From positions 868,001-932,000 of the forward strand of contig JAUFOR010000003.1 in the NCBI GenBank assembly GCA_040285745.1: DNA of 64,000 nt. Direction: 5' to 3'. The stretch is from Barthelona sp. PCE (taxonomy: Eukaryota). Below the pieces are notes generated by a model. It saw only the letters and a list, made by a program, of their open reading frames with translations. It did no database searches and had not been told where the DNA came from. Positions within the stretch are counted from its first letter, which is position 1; each line of letters opens with the position of its first letter. Positions 9,241 through 20,344 of the stretch are shown here, piece by piece. A program made the position numbers and the translations under genes.

Positions 9241-11574
9241 TTATTCCTCTGTTTTTGGGTTTGAACTCTCAATTGTAGGTAAAGTAATCAGTTCAACTCT
9301 AACCAACTGACCTTGTAATCTAGCTCGAATTGGGGCTTCATCAACTGCTGCTTTCTCCTCTTCGCTTTCACAGCGCTCGTTCGCTACAATATCGCGAACG
9401 CTACTGTTCACTTCTATCAAACACTTACCTAGAGCATCTGTTTTACGCTCTCCCTCAATAAAACCAACAAGAGAGAACAGGAACTTGTTCCCCACTGTCT
9501 TGTGGAGCCCAAAACGCTGGTGGTACTTGCACACCAGCACACTGAACATCTCTGGAGTTGTTAACTCAGTTGTGAAATCGAACTCATTAAACATCTCCGC
9601 TTGCATATCTCTGATGGCTGAAGCGCTCGGGGTGCGCAGCAAGATACCACAGTTGTTGTTAAAGATGCTTGCACAACTGTCAAAAAATACTGACAAACGC
9701 TGTCTGTCTTGAACGTGCTCCAGCTGTTCTTCGATCACATCCTGTTCTTTACGCTTCCGCCTCTTCGTCTTCTGCTGCTGAGCAACGATCTCTCGGTCTG
9801 CGTGGCCCATGTAGACGCGCTTTGATGTGGTGAGATCAACTAGCAAACTGAATGCCTCGGCATCTGTTGCTGAGAGTTGGTGCTTCTCCACCGCCTTTCT
9901 CAGTCTCTCCACGTCGATGACATCCGGAGCAGCAATGGTGGGTATCTCACCGTTACCACGCATCGCCAATTGGAGGTCGAGTCCTACCGTAAACCAGTAC
10001 AAAAGTGTACGCCCTGTTGTCTTGAGAATGGACGCAAAATAGGGCCATATGGCGCCCAGGTCGCCCTTTGAGGAGACTGAGCGAAGATATCTTTGCGCTG
10101 CATACAAATCAAAGACACAAATTCGTACCTGTTCTTCAAAAGTCTCCTTCTCCTTTGCCACACCTTCCTGTGCTCTACTTTCCACACGTGTGCGAGCAAC
10201 GTTCATGCAACGGACCAGCAGGGGAGTTACAACGGACATCCGCACAAAAGCAGATACATCGTTGGCAACATCTTTCTCCATGCTGAAAGCAAACAGCTCC
10301 TGTACAACCGACTCGCATGTGACCACGGCGGGCAACCCTGACGCGGCGTAGACCTCCTGGCTAAGAACTGGAGCGCGGTTTCGCTTCTTGCCTCTCTTCT
10401 TCTTTGTTGGTTCGGGTTCCTCCTCTGTGACAATCACGAACTGTGGGTTATCGTCAACAAACGCAACGACTTCCTTCTCCAACGCTTCTCCGCGTTCATC
10501 AATGAATGCGTTCAAAGCCGCGGTAAAAACCAAGATATCACCATGGACAACTTCGAACTTCCTCTTCGATGCCCGCTTCAGCCGCTTCACCAGCATCTCT
10601 GTATCAGCCGCTGTAACATCACTGGGTAGCTCAAGCGCATCAGAGACACGGACGCACACAGATTCAATTCCTTCGAACTGCTCCTGCAACTGGCCAAAGA
10701 TATCTTGTGAAAGAATGGAATCGGTTAGGATCACCGCCCCTTCGAACCTTCGCTTGAGGTCCAGAGTCTTTGTTGATATGTGGTAGCTCTCAATTGTTTC
10801 AAAACTGATGATGCCATTCGACATAAACTCTCCCAACACCAGACTGTCAGCGAGCTCTGTAAAGACCTTTGGCACAAAAACACCGTTTGACACGGTTCCC
10901 CTGAGGAGCCCATCCTTCTTAACATCATTGAAGAGGCGGGTGCTCAGCGCAGTTGGAATCTTTAATGAAGAAAGGAGAGATGTTACCTTTAACGGTTCCA
11001 GCAACGAGTTAGCAAATACCTGAATCAGTCTACGGCACTTGGATACGTACTGCTCGGTGTACAGGTGACTGCCATCGATTACCGCTGATAAAACACCACG
11101 TCGTATGGCTGAGGTGACTGATTCCTTCAGCAATGTTCCACTTATACTGAAACGCGAAGATATTTCCATCATCGGGATCAAATGCTTGTCCTCAAGCTCA
11201 GAATCTATCTGACGGTACACACCATCGAGATAATCATTGGTGATAATCTGCGCTTGGAAGAGATGAAAATCATCATTATCAGCGACGATCTGGTCCGACG
11301 TTGCCTCAATCACAGAGATATCAATGTTCAAATTGACAACCAGATCCACAAGAGAAACACGTCCACCATTATAGAACAGAATGTCGACAATCTCTTTGCG
11401 TACCTGCTCGGGGGTTACAAATTCTCGACCGTTCTTTGTGTAGTAAACTGTTACAAGCCCCATTTTCAGCAAACGTGACAAAATGCTAACAGCATTAGCT
11501 TCGCTAAGCTTTGTGGTACAATCCACCTGTTGGATGGAGAAGAACTCCTCCTCGAGTGCAAGAAGATCTTCCAT
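9241..11574 (-). CDS. UFL1: E3 UFM1-protein ligase 1
   Basis: N-terminal KLSEANAVSIL...YYTKNGREFVTPEQVRKEI...GGRVSLVDL; KKKRGKK basic patch; 777 aa. Confidence 0.85.
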   Translation of the reverse strand: MEDLLALEEEFFSIQQVDCTTKLSEANAVSILSRLLKMGLVTVYYTKNGREFVTPEQVRKEIVDILFYNGGRVSLVDLVVNLNIDISVIEATSDQIVADNDDFHLFQAQIITNDYLDGVYRQIDSELEDKHLIPMMEISSRFSISGTLLKESVTSAIRRGVLSAVIDGSHLYTEQYVSKCRRLIQVFANSLLEPLKVTSLLSSLKIPTALSTRLFNDVKKDGLLRGTVSNGVFVPKVFTELADSLVLGEFMSNGIISFETIESYHISTKTLDLKRRFEGAVILTDSILSQDIFGQLQEQFEGIESVCVRVSDALELPSDVTAADTEMLVKRLKRASKRKFEVVHGDILVFTAALNAFIDERGEALEKEVVAFVDDNPQFVIVTEEEPEPTKKKRGKKRNRAPVLSQEVYAASGLPAVVTCESVVQELFAFSMEKDVANDVSAFVRMSVVTPLLVRCMNVARTRVESRAQEGVAKEKETFEEQVRICVFDLYAAQRYLRSVSSKGDLGAIWPYFASILKTTGRTLLYWFTVGLDLQLAMRGNGEIPTIAAPDVIDVERLRKAVEKHQLSATDAEAFSLLVDLTTSKRVYMGHADREIVAQQQKTKRRKRKEQDVIEEQLEHVQDRQRLSVFFDSCASIFNNNCGILLRTPSASAIRDMQAEMFNEFDFTTELTTPEMFSVLVCKYHQRFGLHKTVGNKFLFSLVGFIEGERKTDALGKCLIEVNSSVRDIVANERCESEEEKAAVDEAPIRARLQGQLVRVELITLPTIESSNPKTEE

Positions 11575-11628
11575 GTTAACGAAAGATTATGAAATTAGAA
11601 AAACATCCCCCTTCACGAAATTTTGGGA

Positions 11629-11856
11629 ATGGAGATCAGCAGAGACCTTTCATTTACTGATACTGGGCTATTTAAATTGGTTAAAATTAGGGATAAGACT
11701 CCCATAACCACAATTCCTTCAACACCTGCAAAGACATCAACCGCAACGCAGTCTCAACCTCCAACCACACCGAAAATGCAACCCATGAAGACACCCAAGC
11801 CAAAGAGACGTGTTCCTAGAAAGCCATCTCGCCCAACGCCAAAAAAACCAACCTAG
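11629..11856 (+). CDS. Small basic Pro/Thr-rich ORF (75 aa); gene model uncertain
   Basis: ATG 11629 divergent from UFL1; ends at TAG 11854-11856, but the frame stays open to an intron-like GTACGT at 11931. Confidence 0.4.
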   Translation: MEISRDLSFTDTGLFKLVKIRDKTPITTIPSTPAKTSTATQSQPPTTPKMQPMKTPKPKRRVPRKPSRPTPKKPT

Positions 11857-12071
11857 AATCAACTTATCATTAATCGCGTTGATACATGCCATTGGATTTG
11901 TCACGGAGAATACTCACCTTATACAGATTGGTACGTTTTTTTTTAGATTCTTTTTTCACATGAATGCAGTTTCCAAATTTAGCAGCTAATATGTGGGGAA
12001 GACACCCCTTTAACGTAATCTACTGACTTTACTTGTAAATAATCCTGATTTTTCTACATTTTCCTATTTCA

Positions 12072-13982
12072 ATGAGGCTAATTAATGCTCTCTATGGGAC
12101 ACCGCCAATTTTGGACAGTATAACACAGTTTTGCGCGCCGCATTTCGATGTTCTGGCTGACTTATCTGCCTTTTTTGAAGAGTTACACATTTCACCAGTA
12201 ATTCAAGCGCTTCAGTCACTAACCCACATAGTAACAACGGCAGTTGTTGAGGAGCTGAACATGCTAGTACCCAGCGCATTCGTAGTGAATCAGTTTATGC
12301 AGAAAAGTGATGAATTCTCAGTTCTTTGTCATTTGAATGAAATCATCAAGGAAATACAGGATCAAGACTTTGGAACTTCTGATGGACGCATTCTAGATAT
12401 ATTCTATGCTGCATTATTGACGGTTGAGATGAGTTTAGGTACTGAGTCTCCAGTTTATCTTTCACTGTGTGCGGTTTTCATACGTACCTTGCACGTATTC
12501 TGGGCAGTGGGGCCGATTGGTGCACTCTCTGCTGCCGAATATCCGGATTTCTTGAAGAATACAGCCTTCAACACACTGTTTAAAAACCAAGCTTACTTTC
12601 CCAAACCTCTTTTCACCGATCACATACAGCAGTCCTTTCGTAAGGAGTTTGTTGGTCCTATTTTCGAAATCAGCGCTACAGCAATTGAGCCAGCAAAAAA
12701 GTTGGAAGGAATATATCTTGAGCACAGAATCTTGGAAGGTGAGGATCTACCCCGGCATGTAGAGTACGCTCTGAACGACACTGGGGTCCGTAATGTCACC
12801 AAAATGCCCCGTACTGGATCTTTTGATATATCTCGCAGAGAAAGGAAAGATTTCTCACTTGAGGATTGTGTACTTTTTTTTCACGCTCAATTCGACGATA
12901 TTCTTATGCGCTATAACTCAAATCTATTGCAACACGGGTCCACTTTGGAGCAAACACGTCGTTTTATTACTGATTTTTTCCTTTTGCGCTCTACATTCCA
13001 TACTTTACGTGCAATAGATGAACTTGTTCAGTTAGAGATGGAAAACAGAACAGCCCTTGACCGCAGATTCATCAACACAGTTCCCCTTCTGGGATACCCT
13101 GTCCCGCAATGTCTTGAACTGTCCTTTGTGCTGAACACGAATGAAGAACGGTGTGAATTATTTGACTATCGTAACTGTGTCATTGATGTGATCCACCCTT
13201 CCGACTCCATCCTGTTGAACACGGAGGTTATTAGGGGGTACAGCAGAGCGTTGTTATGGATGATGCGGATGAGCCACACGTTGAAGAGAATAGATGTAAT
13301 CAATAATCGAAACATTTGCTTTTTTGAGCTCCCACGCGGTGAATCTAAGGCAGCACGCTTTTTACGTGTTGAATTGGATATTTGTCCTCGAATATGGCAT
13401 TTAAAGCAAATTATGCGGACATTCGTTCACGGATTGCAGAGTTTTTTGCTCACTAGAGTGTATGGTCGTATAGCAATCGAGTTTGATGAATTATTCAACG
13501 AAAAAAGCGTGCTTTCGATCATCAAGAAGCATAATGAACTGGTTGCTAAGCTAAAACACGATCTTTTCCTCACAAAAGGAACGAAGAAGGTAAACACACT
13601 CATATCACGGACACTGGATCAAGTATCTGCTTTTGGAACAATATTGATCACAGCAATCGATGAAACATTCACCAATTTCTTTGCTGATTACTTTCAGAAA
13701 TTTGAGGACGGTGCTTTCGAAGCACGCTTGTGGCGTCATCATACAAGAAATTCTCTTCATCTTATCGATTCAGTTACAGAACATACAACGCATATTTCGG
13801 TTACATATGTCGAATTAGAACCAAAACTAAGTCCTCTTATTGAGAAATTCAAACTTGGTGTCGGCCACTTTGTGACTGTGTTGAAAGCGGCTGCGCAAAC
13901 TGTAATGCTTCCATTTGTTGATGATTTACTCTCATCTATGACCCATGAGCACTTCTGGGATGACTTTTGTGATGTAGTGTAA
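12072..13982 (+). CDS. Gamma-tubulin complex component (Spc97/Spc98, GCP family), divergent
   Basis: N-terminal RLINALYG; ITDFFLL, GYSRALLWMMRM, MRTFVHGLQSFL, IIKKHNELV..L..DLFL resemble GRIP domains. Confidence 0.7.
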   Translation: MRLINALYGTPPILDSITQFCAPHFDVLADLSAFFEELHISPVIQALQSLTHIVTTAVVEELNMLVPSAFVVNQFMQKSDEFSVLCHLNEIIKEIQDQDFGTSDGRILDIFYAALLTVEMSLGTESPVYLSLCAVFIRTLHVFWAVGPIGALSAAEYPDFLKNTAFNTLFKNQAYFPKPLFTDHIQQSFRKEFVGPIFEISATAIEPAKKLEGIYLEHRILEGEDLPRHVEYALNDTGVRNVTKMPRTGSFDISRRERKDFSLEDCVLFFHAQFDDILMRYNSNLLQHGSTLEQTRRFITDFFLLRSTFHTLRAIDELVQLEMENRTALDRRFINTVPLLGYPVPQCLELSFVLNTNEERCELFDYRNCVIDVIHPSDSILLNTEVIRGYSRALLWMMRMSHTLKRIDVINNRNICFFELPRGESKAARFLRVELDICPRIWHLKQIMRTFVHGLQSFLLTRVYGRIAIEFDELFNEKSVLSIIKKHNELVAKLKHDLFLTKGTKKVNTLISRTLDQVSAFGTILITAIDETFTNFFADYFQKFEDGAFEARLWRHHTRNSLHLIDSVTEHTTHISVTYVELEPKLSPLIEKFKLGVGHFVTVLKAAAQTVMLPFVDDLLSSMTHEHFWDDFCDVV

Positions 13983-14016
13983 GCTGTGCAAAACAAAATT
14001 TATTAATGATCAATTC

Positions 14017-17000
14017 TTACAAATTCAGGTTTTTGAAACTTTGTTCAAGGATCCCCGAAGTCGGGCTTTGCTCAAGGATAGTCAAATCACGCTCAGATTC
14101 AATGTACTCAATGTTGTAAACATCTCCACTCACAGTAATATTACAACCATACTTGACTTGCCTACAAAAGCCAACCTTCTGCCATGCTTCAAGCACTTTG
14201 GGACGTACAAGTACGATCAGGTGCTTCTTTGCACGGGAAAATGCAACGGTGAGACGGCATAGATCGCGGGCAAACTGGGAACAAATGCTGCGCGTCGTAA
14301 ACAAAACACAGCACGTGTCTTCCTGGCCTTGGAATCCATCAACGGTCTCTGCACCAACTCCGCTCTCGATTAACATGGGGTTTGCCTTCCTAAAAGCATT
14401 CATTTGATCCTTATAGAAGAAAAGACAAGTCACCGACATATGGAGCGCTAAATACTTAACAATTTGCGCTCCTACGGTTAACTCGAGATCGTTTCTCTGT
14501 CCTGTGATTTTCTGAGACGACCTCACGTCGATGAACGACCATGGGTCTTTAAGCGGAAACAGTGAATCCTCCCCGTGGACATCAGACAGGTCTGTGTACC
14601 TGTGACGCCACAAGTCAGCAATTCCTGGGACTGAGCGGGACTGTACCGATAGCTGTACAATTGGAGCGAACGCACTGAGGAAATCAAAGACAGAAAATTC
14701 GTAATTAGAAGTTTGCAGTTTCCTGTTTGAAAATATGGGCGATATCTGCATGTTATCGCCGACACAGACGAGTGACCGTGGTGCGAGGAGAAGGATAGGA
14801 AGAAATTCAGCAACAACAATACGTCCGGCCTCTTCCACAATGATGCCACTGATACCTTCTCCACCACCGATACGCGTGTCCTTCAGAGTCGAAATCTGCG
14901 CAGTCAGGGCCGAACACGTGCAGAAAACAACGTTGGAAAAAAGCAGAAGCGGTCGAGAAATACGGTTAAGGATATGCTGGATGGATTCGATAGAGGAGCG
15001 TGAGAGATCCCTGTTCACTGTCCCGCTGGACAGCAAGTGGACCAAAGCACGCTCCACACGACGCTGGGTGAAACGAGATGGTTCACCTCCACACTCTTTA
15101 ACAAAACCATGTCTGTATCTCTTGGGGAGCTCACGCAGTAACCCGTATATTTTGTCGACATAGTGTTTCAGCTGGCCTGCTACAGTCCAACGTCTCCCAG
15201 TGGCTGAAGTCGACTGGGATCCAAGCCGCAGCATCTGAGGCCTGGCGCAATTTTCATCCTTGCAACAACTGTTATGCTGGCCTAATAAGCGCACAAACCC
15301 CTCAAGGAGGTGATCTACAACGAGATTAGAGTGCGCTGTAACGATGAAGAACCCCGATGGATTAGAGAGCACCATGCTGAGCAAGCAATTGATGGCAGTG
15401 AATGTTTTTCCGGTGCCAGGGGGCCCAAGAATACAGCTGTTGTAGTAAGTGAGTGCGTTGAACATGGCACGGCTTTGCTGCGGAAACGGAATCAAATCCG
15501 TCGAATCGACCCTCTCAAACGTTTTGGGAATAGTGAATGGTTTAATCTTAACAGCAAAGCTTTCAGGATTGTCACTCAGCTCTGCAGAGAATGTGTGCTC
15601 ATCTTCACGAAGCCACCTCACAAAATTCACGCTGTCAAAAGGAAACGGGAACTTTGTGTGTTTAAATATCTTTTGAAAAACAGTATGGTTGTTGAATTCG
15701 GTCGAATAAGTAGGCTTGATATCATTACAATCAACCAAAAAATCAAGGAGGGCCTTAGTGCTGCGGAAAAATGGTTCGCATAAAACGAGACTGTACGATC
15801 CAATCAGCTGTGGCTGCAACATACACACGACCTCGACAGCACCGTTGATGTACGAATGCTTGTTAACCTCCACAAACTCAAAAAATGTAAGCTCTCCATT
15901 CCCACTAGTTCTAAATACCACAGCATGTGTACTGCCCTTATTCTCGGGTTCAACGTCAAGGGCAAGCATAATCTTCCCGCTTGTATATGTTGTGGCCTCA
16001 CATGACAAAACTCTTCGCTTATTCTTCTGTATGTAGTCGAAGGTGCTGTACACCATTTCAGACTTGTACAACAAAAACGAAATGACCCGTAAGGTATCGG
16101 TACACATCGTGGGTAGCATGCTAGGGATTGGAAGCATGTTGTTGAACAACGAAAATACAAAATTAAAATCAGGAAAAGGGCACAGTTCCCCGTCCGCATC
16201 GTACTGCAATGTTTCAGAAATATCACTGAAGCACGGGTGCAGTTCCATACAATCAGCCAAACGTTCACGAACAGCAGTGGCTAAAATAAACATTGAGTAA
16301 TCCAGAGCAAAAACTTCAACATCGTTAAAACCCTTAATAACCCTCTTCAGCTTGATCATCGTATCTATTCTGCCATTGTGAAGAACCAAAAAGAGAAAAA
16401 CAGAGGCTCCTGATGAAAGTTGAATAATGTCCGTCAACATTGAAGTGAAATATCGCATAATACCAAATACAAACATAGAACGGATGTATTTCGATTGAAC
16501 AAGTGCTAGTATATTGTTGACAATACTGAAACCCGTCTGTGGAAGATCAAAAGCATCAAACAGAGCGTTCGATATATCCAACATTGAATTCCGTCCACAT
16601 AGCTGCTCCAGTGCACAGTGGATTGCATCTGTGCTGTCCTTTGCCTGCATCCGACACAGCATACGAACAAACTTAATTGTAACGAAAGCTTCAACCATTC
16701 CAACCTCCATTTCATTCAACGCACGCAGGATTACCGTCACAAGAGGTTCTTTCCGCACCTCTGTGAGAAGAACAGTGGCATCCTTCTCCTGATTGCAACG
16801 CACAGCAAGTGCTGAAGCCGTAAGTAGTACGAGATGTTCAGAAAATACTCTGGTACTCTGGAATAATGGAATAAGAAAGTTGTCGAGTACGTTGAGTGTC
16901 TCAAAACGCTGGTGATTAATCAAAAAATAGTCAATCTGCTGCTTGTGCACTTCACTTTTGGAAAAAGACAATGTAGCAGTTTCAAAATCAATCTCCTTTA

Positions 17001-17169
17001 TAAAAACAACATGGTCGAACGAGTAATCCAATTGCAAGTTGAATTCATGATCTTCATTCACTGGAAAAAACCCCGTGTACAAGTATGCCACCAAATCATT
17101 AAGTTTATCTTCTTTATAACTATTAATGCTGTTTTGTGATGGAAATAAATTGGAAAAGATTTGTTCCAT
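14017..17169 (-). CDS. AQR: Aquarius-like SF1 (Upf1-like) RNA helicase, spliceosomal intron-binding complex
   Basis: GPPGTGKT, AHSN, LRLG, IIVEEAG (EE in motif II as in AQR), GDNMQ, TVDGFQGQE, RLTVAFSRAK; likely ATG 17169. Confidence 0.72.
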   Translation of the reverse strand: MEQIFSNLFPSQNSINSYKEDKLNDLVAYLYTGFFPVNEDHEFNLQLDYSFDHVVFIKEIDFETATLSFSKSEVHKQQIDYFLINHQRFETLNVLDNFLIPLFQSTRVFSEHLVLLTASALAVRCNQEKDATVLLTEVRKEPLVTVILRALNEMEVGMVEAFVTIKFVRMLCRMQAKDSTDAIHCALEQLCGRNSMLDISNALFDAFDLPQTGFSIVNNILALVQSKYIRSMFVFGIMRYFTSMLTDIIQLSSGASVFLFLVLHNGRIDTMIKLKRVIKGFNDVEVFALDYSMFILATAVRERLADCMELHPCFSDISETLQYDADGELCPFPDFNFVFSLFNNMLPIPSMLPTMCTDTLRVISFLLYKSEMVYSTFDYIQKNKRRVLSCEATTYTSGKIMLALDVEPENKGSTHAVVFRTSGNGELTFFEFVEVNKHSYINGAVEVVCMLQPQLIGSYSLVLCEPFFRSTKALLDFLVDCNDIKPTYSTEFNNHTVFQKIFKHTKFPFPFDSVNFVRWLREDEHTFSAELSDNPESFAVKIKPFTIPKTFERVDSTDLIPFPQQSRAMFNALTYYNSCILGPPGTGKTFTAINCLLSMVLSNPSGFFIVTAHSNLVVDHLLEGFVRLLGQHNSCCKDENCARPQMLRLGSQSTSATGRRWTVAGQLKHYVDKIYGLLRELPKRYRHGFVKECGGEPSRFTQRRVERALVHLLSSGTVNRDLSRSSIESIQHILNRISRPLLLFSNVVFCTCSALTAQISTLKDTRIGGGEGISGIIVEEAGRIVVAEFLPILLLAPRSLVCVGDNMQISPIFSNRKLQTSNYEFSVFDFLSAFAPIVQLSVQSRSVPGIADLWRHRYTDLSDVHGEDSLFPLKDPWSFIDVRSSQKITGQRNDLELTVGAQIVKYLALHMSVTCLFFYKDQMNAFRKANPMLIESGVGAETVDGFQGQEDTCCVLFTTRSICSQFARDLCRLTVAFSRAKKHLIVLVRPKVLEAWQKVGFCRQVKYGCNITVSGDVYNIEYIESERDLTILEQSPTSGILEQSFKNLNL

Positions 17170-17229
17170 CAGAAATGAAAAGGTTGAAAAAACGGTTTTC
17201 AATGTATTACCCGTTTCACTGATTTTCAT

Positions 17230-19095
17230 ATGCCCAGACGAATTATTTTTAATGAACATGCTCACAAAGATTATGAAAATTCTGAGTTTTGTGTATCTGA
17301 AGTGAAGAATCATTTTACACTGATCAAAAACCCACAGCCTGCATCATTTATTAATTGCAACCAGTTTATTTTGTTCCAAAAGTCATCTTATCCAATAGAA
17401 TTTGGTGAATTTCAAGGAAAGAAAAAGATACACAGGTGTTGGCAAGATACTACAACTTACAATTCTCTTTTAAATCTCCGCTACAAGCCTGAATGCATCA
17501 TACCACCTCTCAAAAATGGTGACAGATGGCGTCACAACATTTGGTTCATGGAGTTTCCATCATTGTAGATAACCAACAACATAACTTTAACCTTTCCAAC
17601 AGATGAGATTTACTGCCTTTCGAGATCTTCCTTTTTATTCGTGATATTCAGTAAGAATACCATTATTAAGAGAGTTTATGAAAGCAACTACTCGTCATAC
17701 ACTGAGTTTGATCTTACTGAGCTCATTAATCATCCCGTTGACTTCTACTGGACGGATTCCCCTGTTGAATCTTTCATCCCTGGTGGTGTAGCGCTTTCAG
17801 GGGGCATTTTTTTTTTCAACGACGCAAGATTTATTCCTTGTGATGAGGTGCTTTCTTGCTGCGCAAACATAACTGCTGCTATCGTACGTAACAGGGTGTG
17901 TGAGGAGGAGGTTACGTATCTGTACACAGAGTACGATGCGTTGCCTTTCGTAACAGACAAAATCATTCCTTCCCGAGTTGCTTTACTTTTTGCAACAGAA
18001 GGACTCTCCAAGTTTACATTCATGTCGGCAAAGAAATATGCCAATATGATACTAACTGACAATGGAACTACCAATAGTATTGGTGAGATTCCACCAAGCA
18101 TGGACTACATCTGCTGCGAGTTATCTTTTCCTTTTGAATACAGTAGCCGTTTGTACTCGTTTGACAATTTGTCATTCAAGACATTTATTCCTAAATCAAA
18201 GGAAGACGTACTGATGATGCTGCCCAAGTATCAATCCCCTCTTTTTTTCAATGATCATACAATTTTTTTCTCATCAAGAATGACGAAATCATGGCCTACT
18301 TTATTTCTGCTTGACGTAAATGAGATACATGTGTTTCCTAATATTAATTCACAAGACACAATTATCAAGATTGACCCCTGTCAGTGTTTCAGTGCAAGTT
18401 ATCGTTTCGCAATAGTTGGCACCAATAATATCAACCAACAGGTACTTGTTTCTGATAGAAATACTGAAATTACTGATATAGTGTCTGAATCCGATAACTA
18501 TGATAGTGAGAACACGCATCATATAATTAAAAAGCATAATAGATCGTTTTTGTTGAACAACATTGAATATCACACTGCAGACGAGATTATAAACTTCACA
18601 TTCTCAGGAGATTACCTGTTTGTGACACTTTATGATTACACAACCAATGTTTATTATATTTCAAATGGCACACCAGAATTGATCAAGAACATTGATTCGG
18701 AGTTGTCGTTTAATCGTTGGGACCCACATGTAGCATATGATGTAACAACTCGTGAGTTGGTACTCTTTGACAGTGATTTTAATCGTATTTCAAGTTTTAC
18801 TTCTCCATCTCCTGTGGCAAGTAGTACTTTTTCTGGACCTCGTTCTTTTTTTTACAGGAAAGAAGTCTATCATTGTGATTTTGAAAATGGTATATTACAA
18901 TCGGTTCCGCACTCTTCATTTAGAGAATTTTATTCAGATGTTTTTTACCAAACTAATATTAGGAACGAAAAAATGATTATTAAGAAATTTAATGCTACAT
19001 CATTTGATGATGTTGAGATAGAAGAGTTTGATATACTCAAATTTATTCATACTGCCAATATAATTCACTTTCCTGATGTTTGGGATGGTAAGTAA
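17230..19095 (+). CDS. Hypothetical ~620 aa beta-rich protein interrupted by a single in-frame TAG at 17566-17568 (pseudogene, readthrough or atypical intron)
   Basis: ORFs 17230-17568 and 17641-19095 are in the same frame with only one stop between them. Confidence 0.6.
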
Positions 19096-19478
19096 TAAGC
19101 AATGTTGAAAACTTCAATTTCCTTTTGTAAATAATAAAAATAACACTGAATTATGAATAAGAAAAGATAAGTATCGAATGCCTCTGTAACTAAAACAACG
19201 TAAAAAATATACTCGCGTCGAACTAGCAATTAAACATCCAGTTAAATATTGCCAACAAGTTGAACACAGATGTTGCGTGTATAACATAAGTGCCTTCGAA
19301 AGTGGCTCTTGTGGAAATCAGAACAACACCATAAAGGTGAAAATTCTGATAGCAGCAAATTTTCCTCATGCCTCTACCCACTCACCATTTACACCTGTAC
19401 TCTTCAAAATTATACCAAAGATCTAACTTATATACCTAAAACGCTGCAAAAAAGTATCCAAAAAGATTTTATGGTATT

Positions 19479-20291
19479 CTATTTACTATTGTGCTTGATA
19501 ATTGGTCTTCCGATCGCATAATGGGTCGGTTGTGGCCTATACGGTACGTAATTTGTGTATGTGTAATTACTCTTTGCTTTTTCAACAAAAGCTCTGTTTT
19601 TCTTTTGCCAAATGTAATAAAAAGGAATAACTTTCCTGTAATCCATGTGATTTAATGCAGCAAATTCACCTAACTCTGTGTCATTCTCTTCAATAAACTT
19701 TTTAAAAGATTCTATATTCTTTTTCTCATCAAATTCATCGATATATGATTGATGTGAGTTGAGAAGTACTGGGGCATGACCAAGTTTCCGCTTAACATGC
19801 TCTAAATAACCTAGAACATTATCTGAACCAACTGTTTGTGATAACTTAAGCAAACTTTCATAATTAAAACTATTCTCATTGTTTAAGTACATCTTTCTAA
19901 TATCTTTCATCCTCTTTGGACCCTCAATAACATCTAATTGTGGTGGGGTCCTACACTTTTCTGGTTTTCCTGTTCTCAACTCAGGCAAAACACATTGATA
20001 TTCGCCCACACGGCTCTTTTTGTTCTCATAGCCTGCATCCTTTATCTCTTGCTTCTTTTTTTGAACAAACTCAAAGCACATTTCAATTCGAGCCTTCACA
20101 TCAGGTATTTGATCTAATTCACTGTCTTGGAGATCTAAATCGTCTGTTTCTCCACGTTTAACATCTTTGTCAAGTTCAAAAACCTCTTCAGACTCCTCTC
20201 CATTATAAAAAAATTCTTCGTCCCCTTCTTCATCCGTTGACGCACCCTCTATCGCGTCAACGCTCTCGTTTATCCTGCTCCACAAATCCAT
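19479..20291 (-). CDS. ELM2/SANT-type chromatin co-repressor (MIER-like), reduced
   Basis: Acidic N-terminus; SRVGEYQCVLPE (ELM2 start) and KVIPFYYIWQK (SANT end). Confidence 0.6.
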   Translation of the reverse strand: MDLWSRINESVDAIEGASTDEEGDEEFFYNGEESEEVFELDKDVKRGETDDLDLQDSELDQIPDVKARIEMCFEFVQKKKQEIKDAGYENKKSRVGEYQCVLPELRTGKPEKCRTPPQLDVIEGPKRMKDIRKMYLNNENSFNYESLLKLSQTVGSDNVLGYLEHVKRKLGHAPVLLNSHQSYIDEFDEKKNIESFKKFIEENDTELGEFAALNHMDYRKVIPFYYIWQKKNRAFVEKAKSNYTYTNYVPYRPQPTHYAIGRPIIKHNSK

Positions 20292-20344
20292 AAATGTAAA
20301 AAAATTCTCGTTAAGAGTTGAAAAACAAAATCAAACAAATTTAT

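Noticed and set aside
19318-19351. Small hairpin ATCAGAA..CACC-ATAAA-GGTG..TTCTGAT between convergent genes
   Set aside because: Short and AT-rich; compatible with chance
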